Assembly: GCA_017744355.1 (NCBI GenBank)
Contig: JAGIBK010000005.1
Span: 260,790 to 324,789 of the forward strand
DNA: 64,000 nt
Source of the DNA: a bacterium
GTDB lineage: Bacteria > Cyanobacteriota > Sericytochromatia > S15B-MN24 > UBA4093
Reading direction: 5' to 3'
Positions within the stretch are counted from its first letter, which is position 1. Each line of letters starts with the position of its first letter. Positions 34,651 to 42,995 of this stretch are shown piece after piece. The position numbers and the translations under genes were made by a program. The notes under the pieces are model-generated. The model made no database searches and was not told the origin of the DNA. It saw only the letters and a list, made by a program, of their open reading frames with translations.

Positions 34651-36468
34651 GTGAGAACGAAGCGAATCCTTCGCTGGGAGATCCTGCTCGCCCTGGGCCT
34701 GGTCGGTTGTACGGCGGTCGCGCCGAGCCGCATCGGGCCTCCATCCACTTCGACAGCCCAAGGGCCCGAAGCGTCGGCGATCGCGCCCGCCCACCACACA
34801 AGCAGCCTGATCCTTCGCATCCGCTGGCCCGAGCGGCAGGGTCTCGCGACCCAGGCCATCCCGAACGCCACCGAGAAGATCGTGGTGACCATCCTGGGCC
34901 CGAACGGCGCCAAGGTCCACGAGAAGACGGCACAGCGCCCGGCTGCCGGTCAGTTGAACACCCCCACCACCCTCACCTTCGATCTGGATCCGGCGCTCGG
35001 CTCGGTCACGCTCGAGGCGGTCGCCTACGGCCCGGGCAACACGCGCCTGGCCGAAGGCCGCCAGGCGAATATCCGCCTGCTGGACAACGTGGCGCTCGGG
35101 GTGTCGATCACGCTGACGGACACCGGCGCGCTCCAGGTCGTGTACGCGAACCAGCTGGCGCTGGTCAAGAACCTGGAAGGCTACATGGAGCGCTTCCACG
35201 ACTTCGCCAACTACGAGCGGACGTCGGAAGGCGAGGCCATCAAGGGCGCCTTCGATCGCGTGTTGGGCCGGAGGACCCTCGGCGATCTGCTGCGGCCGTA
35301 TTCCCCCCCGCCCGAGGATGAGGGTGGCTTCCCGATGCCGTCCGAGGGGGTGCCCCCCGCAGGCCCGGAAAGGCTCTGGGAGGTCGGCGTGGAGCCCGAG
35401 TTCGAAGGCTCCTGGGGGGTCGATCTCCTGGGTCGATCGCTCCTGGCGCTCTACTGGCAGGGCTATACCAGCCCGGATGCCTGGGCGAACTTCAAGGGGG
35501 ACTGGCAGCTGAGCAGGCCCGACCCTCAGCGCTGGCAGCTTGACGTGAACGGGGCGCCCGATTCCTTCGGTGGGCAGTATTCCGACCAGAGCACCTTCGC
35601 CTTGCGCGCCAGGATGGACGCCGGCCAGTGGACGGATACGCCTTGGGGCACGCGCTTCCTTCGCGGTAGCAATGATGGCCCCTTCGTCACGCGGATCATC
35701 GATCTGTTCGGGCCGAAGACACCCGTCTTCGGGACCATGGGCGCCTTCAGCCTCGACTTCGACCTGACACCCAATGGGGATGCGGCCCGCGCTTATTCCT
35801 ACCGCTTCGAGGCGGATTCTTTCAGGAGCAGCGCCTCGGTCCCGGTTGCCCTCAACACGGAGCTCGGCGGTCCGGTGGATCTGCTGTGGGACTTGCTGCG
35901 CGACCCCATCTTCTCGCGCCTGACCGACCTCAGCACCCACCTGCCTGCGCTGCCGGGGCGGGTCTCGATCGTCAGCCACTACCCGTCACTGCAGTCGACC
36001 ATGTCGATGGCGGTTCGCTCGGCATCCACGATCGACCTCAACGTGGCGGCGCGCCTGAAGGACAATGCCGGTGCACGGGTGACCTTCCCCGTCGCCATGA
36101 GCTTTTCGCCGACCTACGCCTTCGAGCAAGGCAAGCGCAAGCTCGCCACCAACAAGGTGCACTTCGAGGTCGCGGATTCCCAGCAGCAGCTGAAGCTGGT
36201 GGGTGATTTCGAGCAAGGGCCGACCGTCATGACCCTGCACGCCCAGATCGTGGACACCTCGGGACGCCAGACGAACACGCTATTGGCGACCCTCGACCAC
36301 ACCTGGAACAAGCACCCGAATGGTGGCTTCGACTTCAGCCGCATCGCGGATTTCCCGCTCCTCGTGGTGAACGACGATCCCGATGAGTCGAAACGGACGC
36401 GCTATCGCTTGACGCCCGGCTTCTTCAACGGCGACAAGCTGGGCCACGTGAGCGTGGAGGTACGGTAG
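34651..36468 (+). CDS. lipoprotein B2 of duplicated module
   Basis: GTG start after GGAGGAAAG; lipobox LVGC; LILRIRWPERQGLATQAIP; C-terminus RYRLTPGFFNGDKLGHVSVEVR. Confidence 0.75.
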   Translation: MRTKRILRWEILLALGLVGCTAVAPSRIGPPSTSTAQGPEASAIAPAHHTSSLILRIRWPERQGLATQAIPNATEKIVVTILGPNGAKVHEKTAQRPAAGQLNTPTTLTFDLDPALGSVTLEAVAYGPGNTRLAEGRQANIRLLDNVALGVSITLTDTGALQVVYANQLALVKNLEGYMERFHDFANYERTSEGEAIKGAFDRVLGRRTLGDLLRPYSPPPEDEGGFPMPSEGVPPAGPERLWEVGVEPEFEGSWGVDLLGRSLLALYWQGYTSPDAWANFKGDWQLSRPDPQRWQLDVNGAPDSFGGQYSDQSTFALRARMDAGQWTDTPWGTRFLRGSNDGPFVTRIIDLFGPKTPVFGTMGAFSLDFDLTPNGDAARAYSYRFEADSFRSSASVPVALNTELGGPVDLLWDLLRDPIFSRLTDLSTHLPALPGRVSIVSHYPSLQSTMSMAVRSASTIDLNVAARLKDNAGARVTFPVAMSFSPTYAFEQGKRKLATNKVHFEVADSQQQLKLVGDFEQGPTVMTLHAQIVDTSGRQTNTLLATLDHTWNKHPNGGFDFSRIADFPLLVVNDDPDESKRTRYRLTPGFFNGDKLGHVSVEVR

Positions 36469-37989
36469 GTGATCAAGATGAGTACGCGCTCCTGGGCTTC
36501 GGCGATCGCGATCGCCACCACCCTCGCGATCGCCGCCTGCGCGATGCCGCCTTCCCTGAACGGCGGCGCGGGCAACCGGTCTGCGGCCGAGCAGGCCATC
36601 AAGCATGAGATGGGGAAGCTTGCGATCAGCGTCGCCTGGCCCCGCAAGACCCAGGCGATCCCCTTCCGCGCCACCAAGATGGTCATTCGCCTGACCAAGG
36701 CGGGCAGCGCCGCCTCGCCCGAGCACGAGCTGCCGGTCATGGATGCGAGCGATGCCGCCTTCCCGGACGTCGTCATCGACCGGGGCGATAACCCGCTGAC
36801 CAGCTACGGGCCGACGACTTACGAGTGGGACATCCCACAGCAGGCGGATGTCCGCCTGTCGGCGATCCTCTACGAAGATGACGCGGTGATCGGCTCCGAT
36901 GCGCGCGTTATCGACGTGATCGCCGGCGTGCACTCCCACGTGGGGCTCAACATCGTGCTCAACGCGGCGAACGCATCCCACCTGACGAGCATCTCCAGCG
37001 ACTCGCTCGGGGTCGGCGACGTGATCACCCTGACGGGCTCGAACTTCGCGAAGGACCGGGAAGCCTGGAGCAAGCAGGTCTTTTTCCAGATCGAGAGCGA
37101 CTGGCGGATGGGCGGTTCTCCCCATCCGTCGCCCAGCGGCGGCCCCATGGTCGAGGTTGAGCGCGTTTACTTCCCTGCCAATCGGGTCGAGGTGGTGAGC
37201 GACTCCGAGATCCGGGTGACCATCCCCGCCACCTTCCCTTACTATCCGGGGCAATCCTCGGAGTCGGGCATTCCGCTGCTCTCGAGGCTCTGGAGCTACT
37301 TCCGGGATCCCAGCGCGGCCCGTCTCTTCATCGGGGTCGATGTGGACGGCGCCGCCACCGAGCTGAAGCCCGTCACGTTCAAGCCGGGCGCGCTGGCCGC
37401 AGACGTGACACTCACCGCGGACGCGGTGGCCCCCGCCAAGGCGAGCGGGCGCAATGGCCCCCTCTGGGTGGATGACCACTACATGGATCCCGCCGTGGAG
37501 TCGGGAAGCTACTGGACCTATCGCGTGCAGGGGCCTTCGTACTGGCAGCAGCGAGAGGTGACGGTTCGCATCTCGAACCCTGGCGGATCCTGGGAGGGCG
37601 GCGCGGAGATCCTTGAGGGCCCCCAGGTGGCGCAGGTCGCGGATCTGGCCAATCACCCGGAGTTCGACTTCATGTGCTTCCTGAACCCGCAGACCCGGGT
37701 TTATCAGCAGGGCTTCGGCCCTGACAACGACACGGTCACCTACACCTACACGGTGCCTCACTTCACGCGCGGCGGTCAGAAGTACCCGAGACCCGGCGCG
37801 ATTCGCGAGGTCACGATCCGGCGCAACGTCGGCGTCGTGTACATGCGCGAAACCTACCTCGCACGGTTCGGGGATCGGATCGAACGGGAAGTGAGGGAAT
37901 ACGGGCTGATGAACTCGCCCGTGGCGCCCTCGGCAGGGACCGTCTGGCCCACCCCGTGGCCCTCGATGACGCCCGTCCCCGGGGTCTAG
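36469..37989 (+). CDS. lipoprotein B3 of duplicated module
   Basis: GTG abuts the upstream stop (TAGGTGA); signal peptide with atypical IAACA lipobox; ISVAWPRKTQAIP; VIAGVHSHVGLNIVL; IPT-like LTSISSDSLGVGDVITLTGSNF. Confidence 0.7.
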   Translation: MIKMSTRSWASAIAIATTLAIAACAMPPSLNGGAGNRSAAEQAIKHEMGKLAISVAWPRKTQAIPFRATKMVIRLTKAGSAASPEHELPVMDASDAAFPDVVIDRGDNPLTSYGPTTYEWDIPQQADVRLSAILYEDDAVIGSDARVIDVIAGVHSHVGLNIVLNAANASHLTSISSDSLGVGDVITLTGSNFAKDREAWSKQVFFQIESDWRMGGSPHPSPSGGPMVEVERVYFPANRVEVVSDSEIRVTIPATFPYYPGQSSESGIPLLSRLWSYFRDPSAARLFIGVDVDGAATELKPVTFKPGALAADVTLTADAVAPAKASGRNGPLWVDDHYMDPAVESGSYWTYRVQGPSYWQQREVTVRISNPGGSWEGGAEILEGPQVAQVADLANHPEFDFMCFLNPQTRVYQQGFGPDNDTVTYTYTVPHFTRGGQKYPRPGAIREVTIRRNVGVVYMRETYLARFGDRIEREVREYGLMNSPVAPSAGTVWPTPWPSMTPVPGV

Positions 37990-38007
37990 TCGCGAGGGGA
38001 GGAACGA

Positions 38008-38955
38008 ATGATGATGAGGTCCAAGATGCGCCTGCGCCACCTGCTACTCGCCGCCCTCTCGGTTTCCTTGGTCGGATGCCAGGGGCTTTCCGGTGTGCTC
38101 TCCCCGAGCACTGGCGGCGGCATGAGTGCGGTGCAGGCACAGACCGGCGGCCTGACGGTCCGACTCGGCAACGCGGCGCTCGCCTACAAGGCGCAGCAAC
38201 TGACGGACTTCCCGTTGGAAGAGGTGGAGGTCCTGGTGACGGTGGAGAGCCCGGACGCGCAGGATCCCGCCGTGCGTCGCCAAGAACGAACGGTCAGGCT
38301 CGGCCAGGTGATCGAGTTCGCCCAGGTTCCTGCCGGGTACGTGGACGTGACGGCCATCGCCTTATACAAGGGGCAGGTCTTCGACCGGCAATACACCAGT
38401 GCGGCGATCATGCCCGGTGGCTCGGAGACCGTCACGCTCGAACTGAATGTGGGCGCGAGCGCGCTGGATCTCGACTTCGGGTCCGCGCTGCCCGTTCGCC
38501 GTATGGACGTTCGCGACCTGCCGGAGTTCGCGGCCTACCAGCTGCCTTCGGGCGCCGAGAGCATCGACTTCGATCTGGTGGATGCCAGCGGAGCGACCGA
38601 ATCGATTTCGTTCCGCCATGCCGACGGCTGGCTCTATCGCAAGCTCGGCCTTGAGCCCTGGCCCGAGGCGAGTGAGTGGTGGCGCTTCTCGTTCGGCTGG
38701 GGCGCCCTCACGACCCTGCCCGCGCATGCGACCATCGTCGGGGCGGAGGCGCCCTGGAACGGCTGGGCCGGAACGGTGAAGCGCTTCCAGTGGGAGAACG
38801 TCTACGTCACCAATCGCAACGGGAGCACGCAGGACGTCACCTATCGCTTCGACCGCTGGTACTCGCCCACCGAGGGCCTGCTGCGCGAGGACGTCCACGA
38901 GGCGAGCGGCTCGCAGCCTATCCTGGTGACCCGCATGATCCGGAAGGGGCTTTGA
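38008..38955 (+). CDS. lipoprotein B4 of duplicated module (short form)
   Basis: RBS GGGGAGG; lipobox LVGC; FDRWYSPTEGLLRE block. Confidence 0.7.
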   Translation: MMMRSKMRLRHLLLAALSVSLVGCQGLSGVLSPSTGGGMSAVQAQTGGLTVRLGNAALAYKAQQLTDFPLEEVEVLVTVESPDAQDPAVRRQERTVRLGQVIEFAQVPAGYVDVTAIALYKGQVFDRQYTSAAIMPGGSETVTLELNVGASALDLDFGSALPVRRMDVRDLPEFAAYQLPSGAESIDFDLVDASGATESISFRHADGWLYRKLGLEPWPEASEWWRFSFGWGALTTLPAHATIVGAEAPWNGWAGTVKRFQWENVYVTNRNGSTQDVTYRFDRWYSPTEGLLREDVHEASGSQPILVTRMIRKGL

Positions 38956-38957
38956 GC

Positions 38958-39518
38958 ATGAGCGTCACGAACAAGACTTTCGCCCTCCTGGGCGCCTGCG
39001 GCGCCGTGGCCGCGCTCTTGATAGCGGGGTGCGCGTCGTTCCCCGCGGCGGGGGCCGGTACCCCCGCGGGCCAGATCGCCGAGGCCCCGAAGGCCTCGCT
39101 CTCGCTGCGCGTGCGTCTGCCGAGGACGGTCCAGGTGGTGAGGAGCGAGATCACCGGCGCGACGATCAGCGTCACGATCGACGGCGAGGCGCCGATCCAG
39201 GTGCCTGTCGCCCTGTCATCCAGCGACGGCAACGTACGCCTGCCTGTGCCGGATAGGGACCTGGGGGAAGCCGAGGCGTTCTCGCTCGAGGATCTACCCC
39301 AGGGGGATGCGGTCGTGAGGCTGGACCTCTACCGAGGAACCGAGATCGTCGGCACCGGGGAGGCCCTGGTGCCGCTCATCCGGGGATACCGCTCGGCCGC
39401 TTTCATTCAGATTTACCTGGACAGCCGCGGCAAGACCGATATGAAGCCCCTGGCACCCTTGCCGGGCGCCACCGTCAGGCCCGAGAACCCGCCGTCGGAT
39501 CTCTACCCGCCTGCTTAG
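38958..39518 (+). CDS. lipoprotein B5 of duplicated module
   Basis: Lipobox IAGC; LSLRVRLPRTVQVV N-domain; LIRGYRSAAFIQIYLDSRGKTD block. Confidence 0.7.
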   Translation: MSVTNKTFALLGACGAVAALLIAGCASFPAAGAGTPAGQIAEAPKASLSLRVRLPRTVQVVRSEITGATISVTIDGEAPIQVPVALSSSDGNVRLPVPDRDLGEAEAFSLEDLPQGDAVVRLDLYRGTEIVGTGEALVPLIRGYRSAAFIQIYLDSRGKTDMKPLAPLPGATVRPENPPSDLYPPA

Positions 39519-39524
39519 CCGTCA

Positions 39525-39552
39525 GCCGCCCCGCTCCGAAGAGCGGGGCGGC
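39525..39552. terminator. perfect 12-bp stem hairpin between convergent genes
   Basis: GCCGCCCCGCTC cgaa GAGCGGGGCGGC. Confidence 0.55.
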
Positions 39553-39557
39553 GTCGT

Positions 39558-41045
39558 TCATGCGACCCACTCGTTGCGATCGCCGTCCGAGGCGTTGCGC
39601 TTGGGTTTGGTCCCGCGCAGGACGGCGTGGATGTCGGGCTCGTAGAGCACTTCGTGGTCCAAGAGCCCCTGAGCGAGTCGCTCCAGGTCCTCGCGCCGCT
39701 CGATGAGCACCTCGCGGGCTTGCTCGTAGGCCTCGCGCAAGACCTGCTCGACGGCCAGATCCAGCCGCTCGCGGGTGGCCTCGGAGCAGGTCAGCTCCTT
39801 GTAGTTGATGGGGGATCCCCCGAGCATCCCCAGCTCCCAGACCAGGAGCTCGGCGATCTTGGTGGCGCGCTTGAGGTCCGAGTGGGCGCCGCTCGTCACC
39901 TCACCGAAGACCATCTCTTCGGCGACGCGGCCGCCCATGAGGACGGCGAGCTCCGAGCAGTACTCTTCGCGGGTGATCAGGTGCCGGTCCTCGCGCTCCA
40001 CCGACCAGGTGTAGCCCAGGGCGTGGCGGCCGGTGGGGATGATTGAGGCCTTGTGCAGGCGCTTGTGCGGCTGGGTGCGCAGGCTGACCACCGCATGGCC
40101 CGCCTCGTGGTAAGCGACCACCCGGCGCTCGTGAGGATTGAGCGGGTGCGAGGCGTTCTCGAGCCCGATCCCCAGGCGCTCCATGGCCTTCGAGAAGTCC
40201 TCGTGGCGTACCTGCGAGCGTCGCTCGCGCACCGCGAGGATCGAGGCCTCGTTGACCACCGAAGCCAGATCCGCCCCGCTCATGTTGGTGGCGGCCCGCG
40301 CCAGCGCCCGCAAATCCACGCTGCGGTCGAGCTGCACCTTGCGGGAGTAGTGGGCCAGGAGCGCCTCGCGCCCCTTGAGGTCGGGCAGTCCCACGTGGAT
40401 CTTGCGGTCGAAGCGTCCGGGCCTGAGAAGGGCCGTATCGAGCGACTCCTCGTAGTTGGTCGCCCCGATGGTGATCACGTTGCTGTCGCGGCCGAAACCG
40501 TCCAGCTCGACCAGGAACTGGTTGAGGGTGTTGTTGCCCTCTTGGCCGCCGAACTGGTTGCTGCTGCGCGAGCGCCCCAACGCGTCGATCTCGTCGATGA
40601 ACACGATGGCCGCAGGGTGCTTGCGGGCCTTCTTGTAGAGGGAGCGGATCCGGCTTGCGCCCACCCCCACGAAGACCTCGACGAAGTCCGCACCCGAAAG
40701 AGAGTAGAATGGGACTCCGGCCTCGTTGGCGATGGCCTTGGCCAGAAGGGTCTTGCCGGTACCGGGCGGCCCGACCAGGAGGATCCCCTTGGGAATCTTG
40801 GCGCCGATCCGCTCGAAGGTCTGGGCGTTCTTGAGGAAGTCGACGACCTCCTGGGCCTCGCGCTTGGCTTCGTCGATGCCGAGCACGTCCTTGAAGCGCA
40901 CGTCATTGTTGGTCTCGCGGCTTGGGTCGAATTTGGCGCGGTTGAACATCCCCCCCATCACCCGCGCGTACACCAGGCAGAAGACCACGGCGTAGAGCAC
41001 GATCATGACGAAGGTGAGGGCGAGTTGGATGAGGATTTCGAGCAT
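39558..41045 (-). CDS. FtsH-family AAA+ zinc metalloprotease, minimal N-terminus (single TM, no periplasmic domain)
   Basis: Walker A GPPGTGKT, Walker B IVFIDEID, SRH, zinc site HEAGHA; start ATG 41045 after GGAGGTG; only one N-terminal hydrophobic helix precedes the AAA module. Confidence 0.85.
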   Translation of the reverse strand: MLEILIQLALTFVMIVLYAVVFCLVYARVMGGMFNRAKFDPSRETNNDVRFKDVLGIDEAKREAQEVVDFLKNAQTFERIGAKIPKGILLVGPPGTGKTLLAKAIANEAGVPFYSLSGADFVEVFVGVGASRIRSLYKKARKHPAAIVFIDEIDALGRSRSSNQFGGQEGNNTLNQFLVELDGFGRDSNVITIGATNYEESLDTALLRPGRFDRKIHVGLPDLKGREALLAHYSRKVQLDRSVDLRALARAATNMSGADLASVVNEASILAVRERRSQVRHEDFSKAMERLGIGLENASHPLNPHERRVVAYHEAGHAVVSLRTQPHKRLHKASIIPTGRHALGYTWSVEREDRHLITREEYCSELAVLMGGRVAEEMVFGEVTSGAHSDLKRATKIAELLVWELGMLGGSPINYKELTCSEATRERLDLAVEQVLREAYEQAREVLIERREDLERLAQGLLDHEVLYEPDIHAVLRGTKPKRNASDGDRNEWVA

Positions 41046-41223
41046 GCGGCACCTCCTCGACTGGGGCCCCGGGATCGTAGCATTCAAGGAAGCGTTAGCC
41101 GTTCTCCCGGGGCGCCAAAAACCCTCCCCAGATCTGACCATCGAGGAAGGAGGGGATCCGGCGAGAATCGGGTATAGAGGGAAGAACCCACCGTCGGGTC
41201 CTTGCCGCGAGGGGGCGGCCACC

Positions 41224-42903
41224 ATGGGACAAGAAGCGCTCCAGCCTGATCGGCTGTGCGAGAGTCATATCGACTTGCACGACCGGCAGCACTTCGAGAT
41301 TGCCTTCACCTACGACGCCTCGCCGGTCCTGGTGCGTCCGGACGGCCGGGTGCGCTTCCGCGTGGACGCCTACTTCTTCCTGCCGCCCAGCCTGGGGGTT
41401 TCCGCCCTCTCCTACGGCAAGGACGACTTCTTCGACGACGTCCTGAGCTACCTGCGCTTCAAGACGCCCGACCTCAGCAGCGAGGCCCTGGCCGATCCCC
41501 TCAACGCCCTCTCGCCCCTCAACGTCCTGAGCTTCAACCTCAAGCAGCTGGTGGAGCTGCCCACCCCCGACCCTGAGCTCGAGACCTCGACCATCCACGA
41601 GGCCAAGCTTTTGGGCTGCATCCTGATCGCCAACTGGCGCGAGCTGCGCAAGCAGGCCCGAACCCTCGTCAAGACCCTGTCGCGCTTCGCCCGGCCGACT
41701 CCGGGCTTCGCCGAGGCGATCGCCGATCTGCGGCTGCGGCTCGAGGCCGAGCATGCCCTCTTGATGCGCTTTCGGAGCCTGCGCCGCGCCTACACCGACA
41801 ATCAGGCGAGCCTTCCGCCCGAGCTCCTCGACACCCTGCGGGTGGTAGACGAGTACCTGACCTATCGCTTCGACGAGAACCTCGGCAAGCTCCACCAGGT
41901 CTTCGCCTCGCTCGGCGAGGCGGCCGCCGAGCTCGAGGAGCGCTTGCGCTGGCTCGGCGCCTACGAAGCCCTGTACCGGCAAGAGGAAGGCTTCATCTGC
42001 CTGACCAACTCGGATCCCCAGTCCTTCGAGCGTTACACCTACCGGACCGGTGCCCTCAAGAAGCACCTGGCGCAGGTGCTCTTCTTGGACGTGCGGACCG
42101 TGCGCGAGGTGCGCCGCTTCCGGGGGCTGGTGGCGGCCTTGGGGGCAGGCCTTGCCGCCTTCTGGAGCACCCTCGGCGATCGCAACATCAACGTGCAATT
42201 GCACGGGATCTCGACCACGCTACTTATCTTGATCGTGGTCACGGTCTATATCCTCAAGGACCGCATCAAGGACTTCTTCAAGGAGTACGTGGCCACCCAG
42301 GTCCAGCGCCTGTTGCCGGACCAGCGCATGACGATCACCGACCCCATGACGCGCCAGCGCATCGGGTCGTGCCGTCAGACGGTCCGCTACGAGCGCAAGC
42401 GTCGGCTTGCTGCCGACATCCGGCGCGTGCGGGAGTTCACCCACACCATCGACCTGGACGAGGCCCGCGAAGAGGAGGTCCTCTCGTACCGGCACGACAT
42501 GACCCTCGAGGCCCGGCGGATCCACGCGACCCACGCACGACGGATGCACGTCAAGCACATCCTGCGCTACTCGGTGGCCAACCTCTTGCGCCGGTTGTCG
42601 GACCCCAACGTCGAGGTCTCGCGCTTCAACCCGCGCACCGGCCGCTTCGAGGTCGTCCTCGCCCCCAAGGTCTATCACCTCAACGTGGTCTTCAGGGTCT
42701 CCGCCATCGGGCCGGACGGTCGAGCGGCGGATCCGGTCTACCATCGCCTGCGGCTCATCCTCAACAAGGACGGGATCGACCGGGTCGAGAAGGTCGTCCA
42801 CAACAAGCGCATGCGCGAGATCGGCCAGGATCACCAGCCGGAGATCCTGGAGCGCACCGACGATCCGCTGCTGAACGAGGCCGAGGATTTGTCGCCAAGC
42901 TAG
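41224..42903 (+). CDS. hypothetical protein, 559 aa, one internal TM helix
   Basis: Long ORF with sense-like composition; divergent from the ftsH-like gene; no family recognised. Confidence 0.6.
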   Translation: MGQEALQPDRLCESHIDLHDRQHFEIAFTYDASPVLVRPDGRVRFRVDAYFFLPPSLGVSALSYGKDDFFDDVLSYLRFKTPDLSSEALADPLNALSPLNVLSFNLKQLVELPTPDPELETSTIHEAKLLGCILIANWRELRKQARTLVKTLSRFARPTPGFAEAIADLRLRLEAEHALLMRFRSLRRAYTDNQASLPPELLDTLRVVDEYLTYRFDENLGKLHQVFASLGEAAAELEERLRWLGAYEALYRQEEGFICLTNSDPQSFERYTYRTGALKKHLAQVLFLDVRTVREVRRFRGLVAALGAGLAAFWSTLGDRNINVQLHGISTTLLILIVVTVYILKDRIKDFFKEYVATQVQRLLPDQRMTITDPMTRQRIGSCRQTVRYERKRRLAADIRRVREFTHTIDLDEAREEEVLSYRHDMTLEARRIHATHARRMHVKHILRYSVANLLRRLSDPNVEVSRFNPRTGRFEVVLAPKVYHLNVVFRVSAIGPDGRAADPVYHRLRLILNKDGIDRVEKVVHNKRMREIGQDHQPEILERTDDPLLNEAEDLSPS

Positions 42904-42995
42904 CCGCAGGCGCTGAGCGAGTGGCGGGCGACCGGCGCTTTCAAGGCCTGTGCCGCTAAGGCACAATAGGGCGTGCCCGGTGATTCGGAGGCGCC

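Noticed and set aside
25364-39557. Considered whether the duplicated lipoprotein region is a prophage, integrative element or recently amplified segment
   Set aside because: There are no integrase, transposase or phage genes and no flanking direct repeats. GC content matches the surroundings, and paralogs are highly diverged, so this is an ancient duplication.
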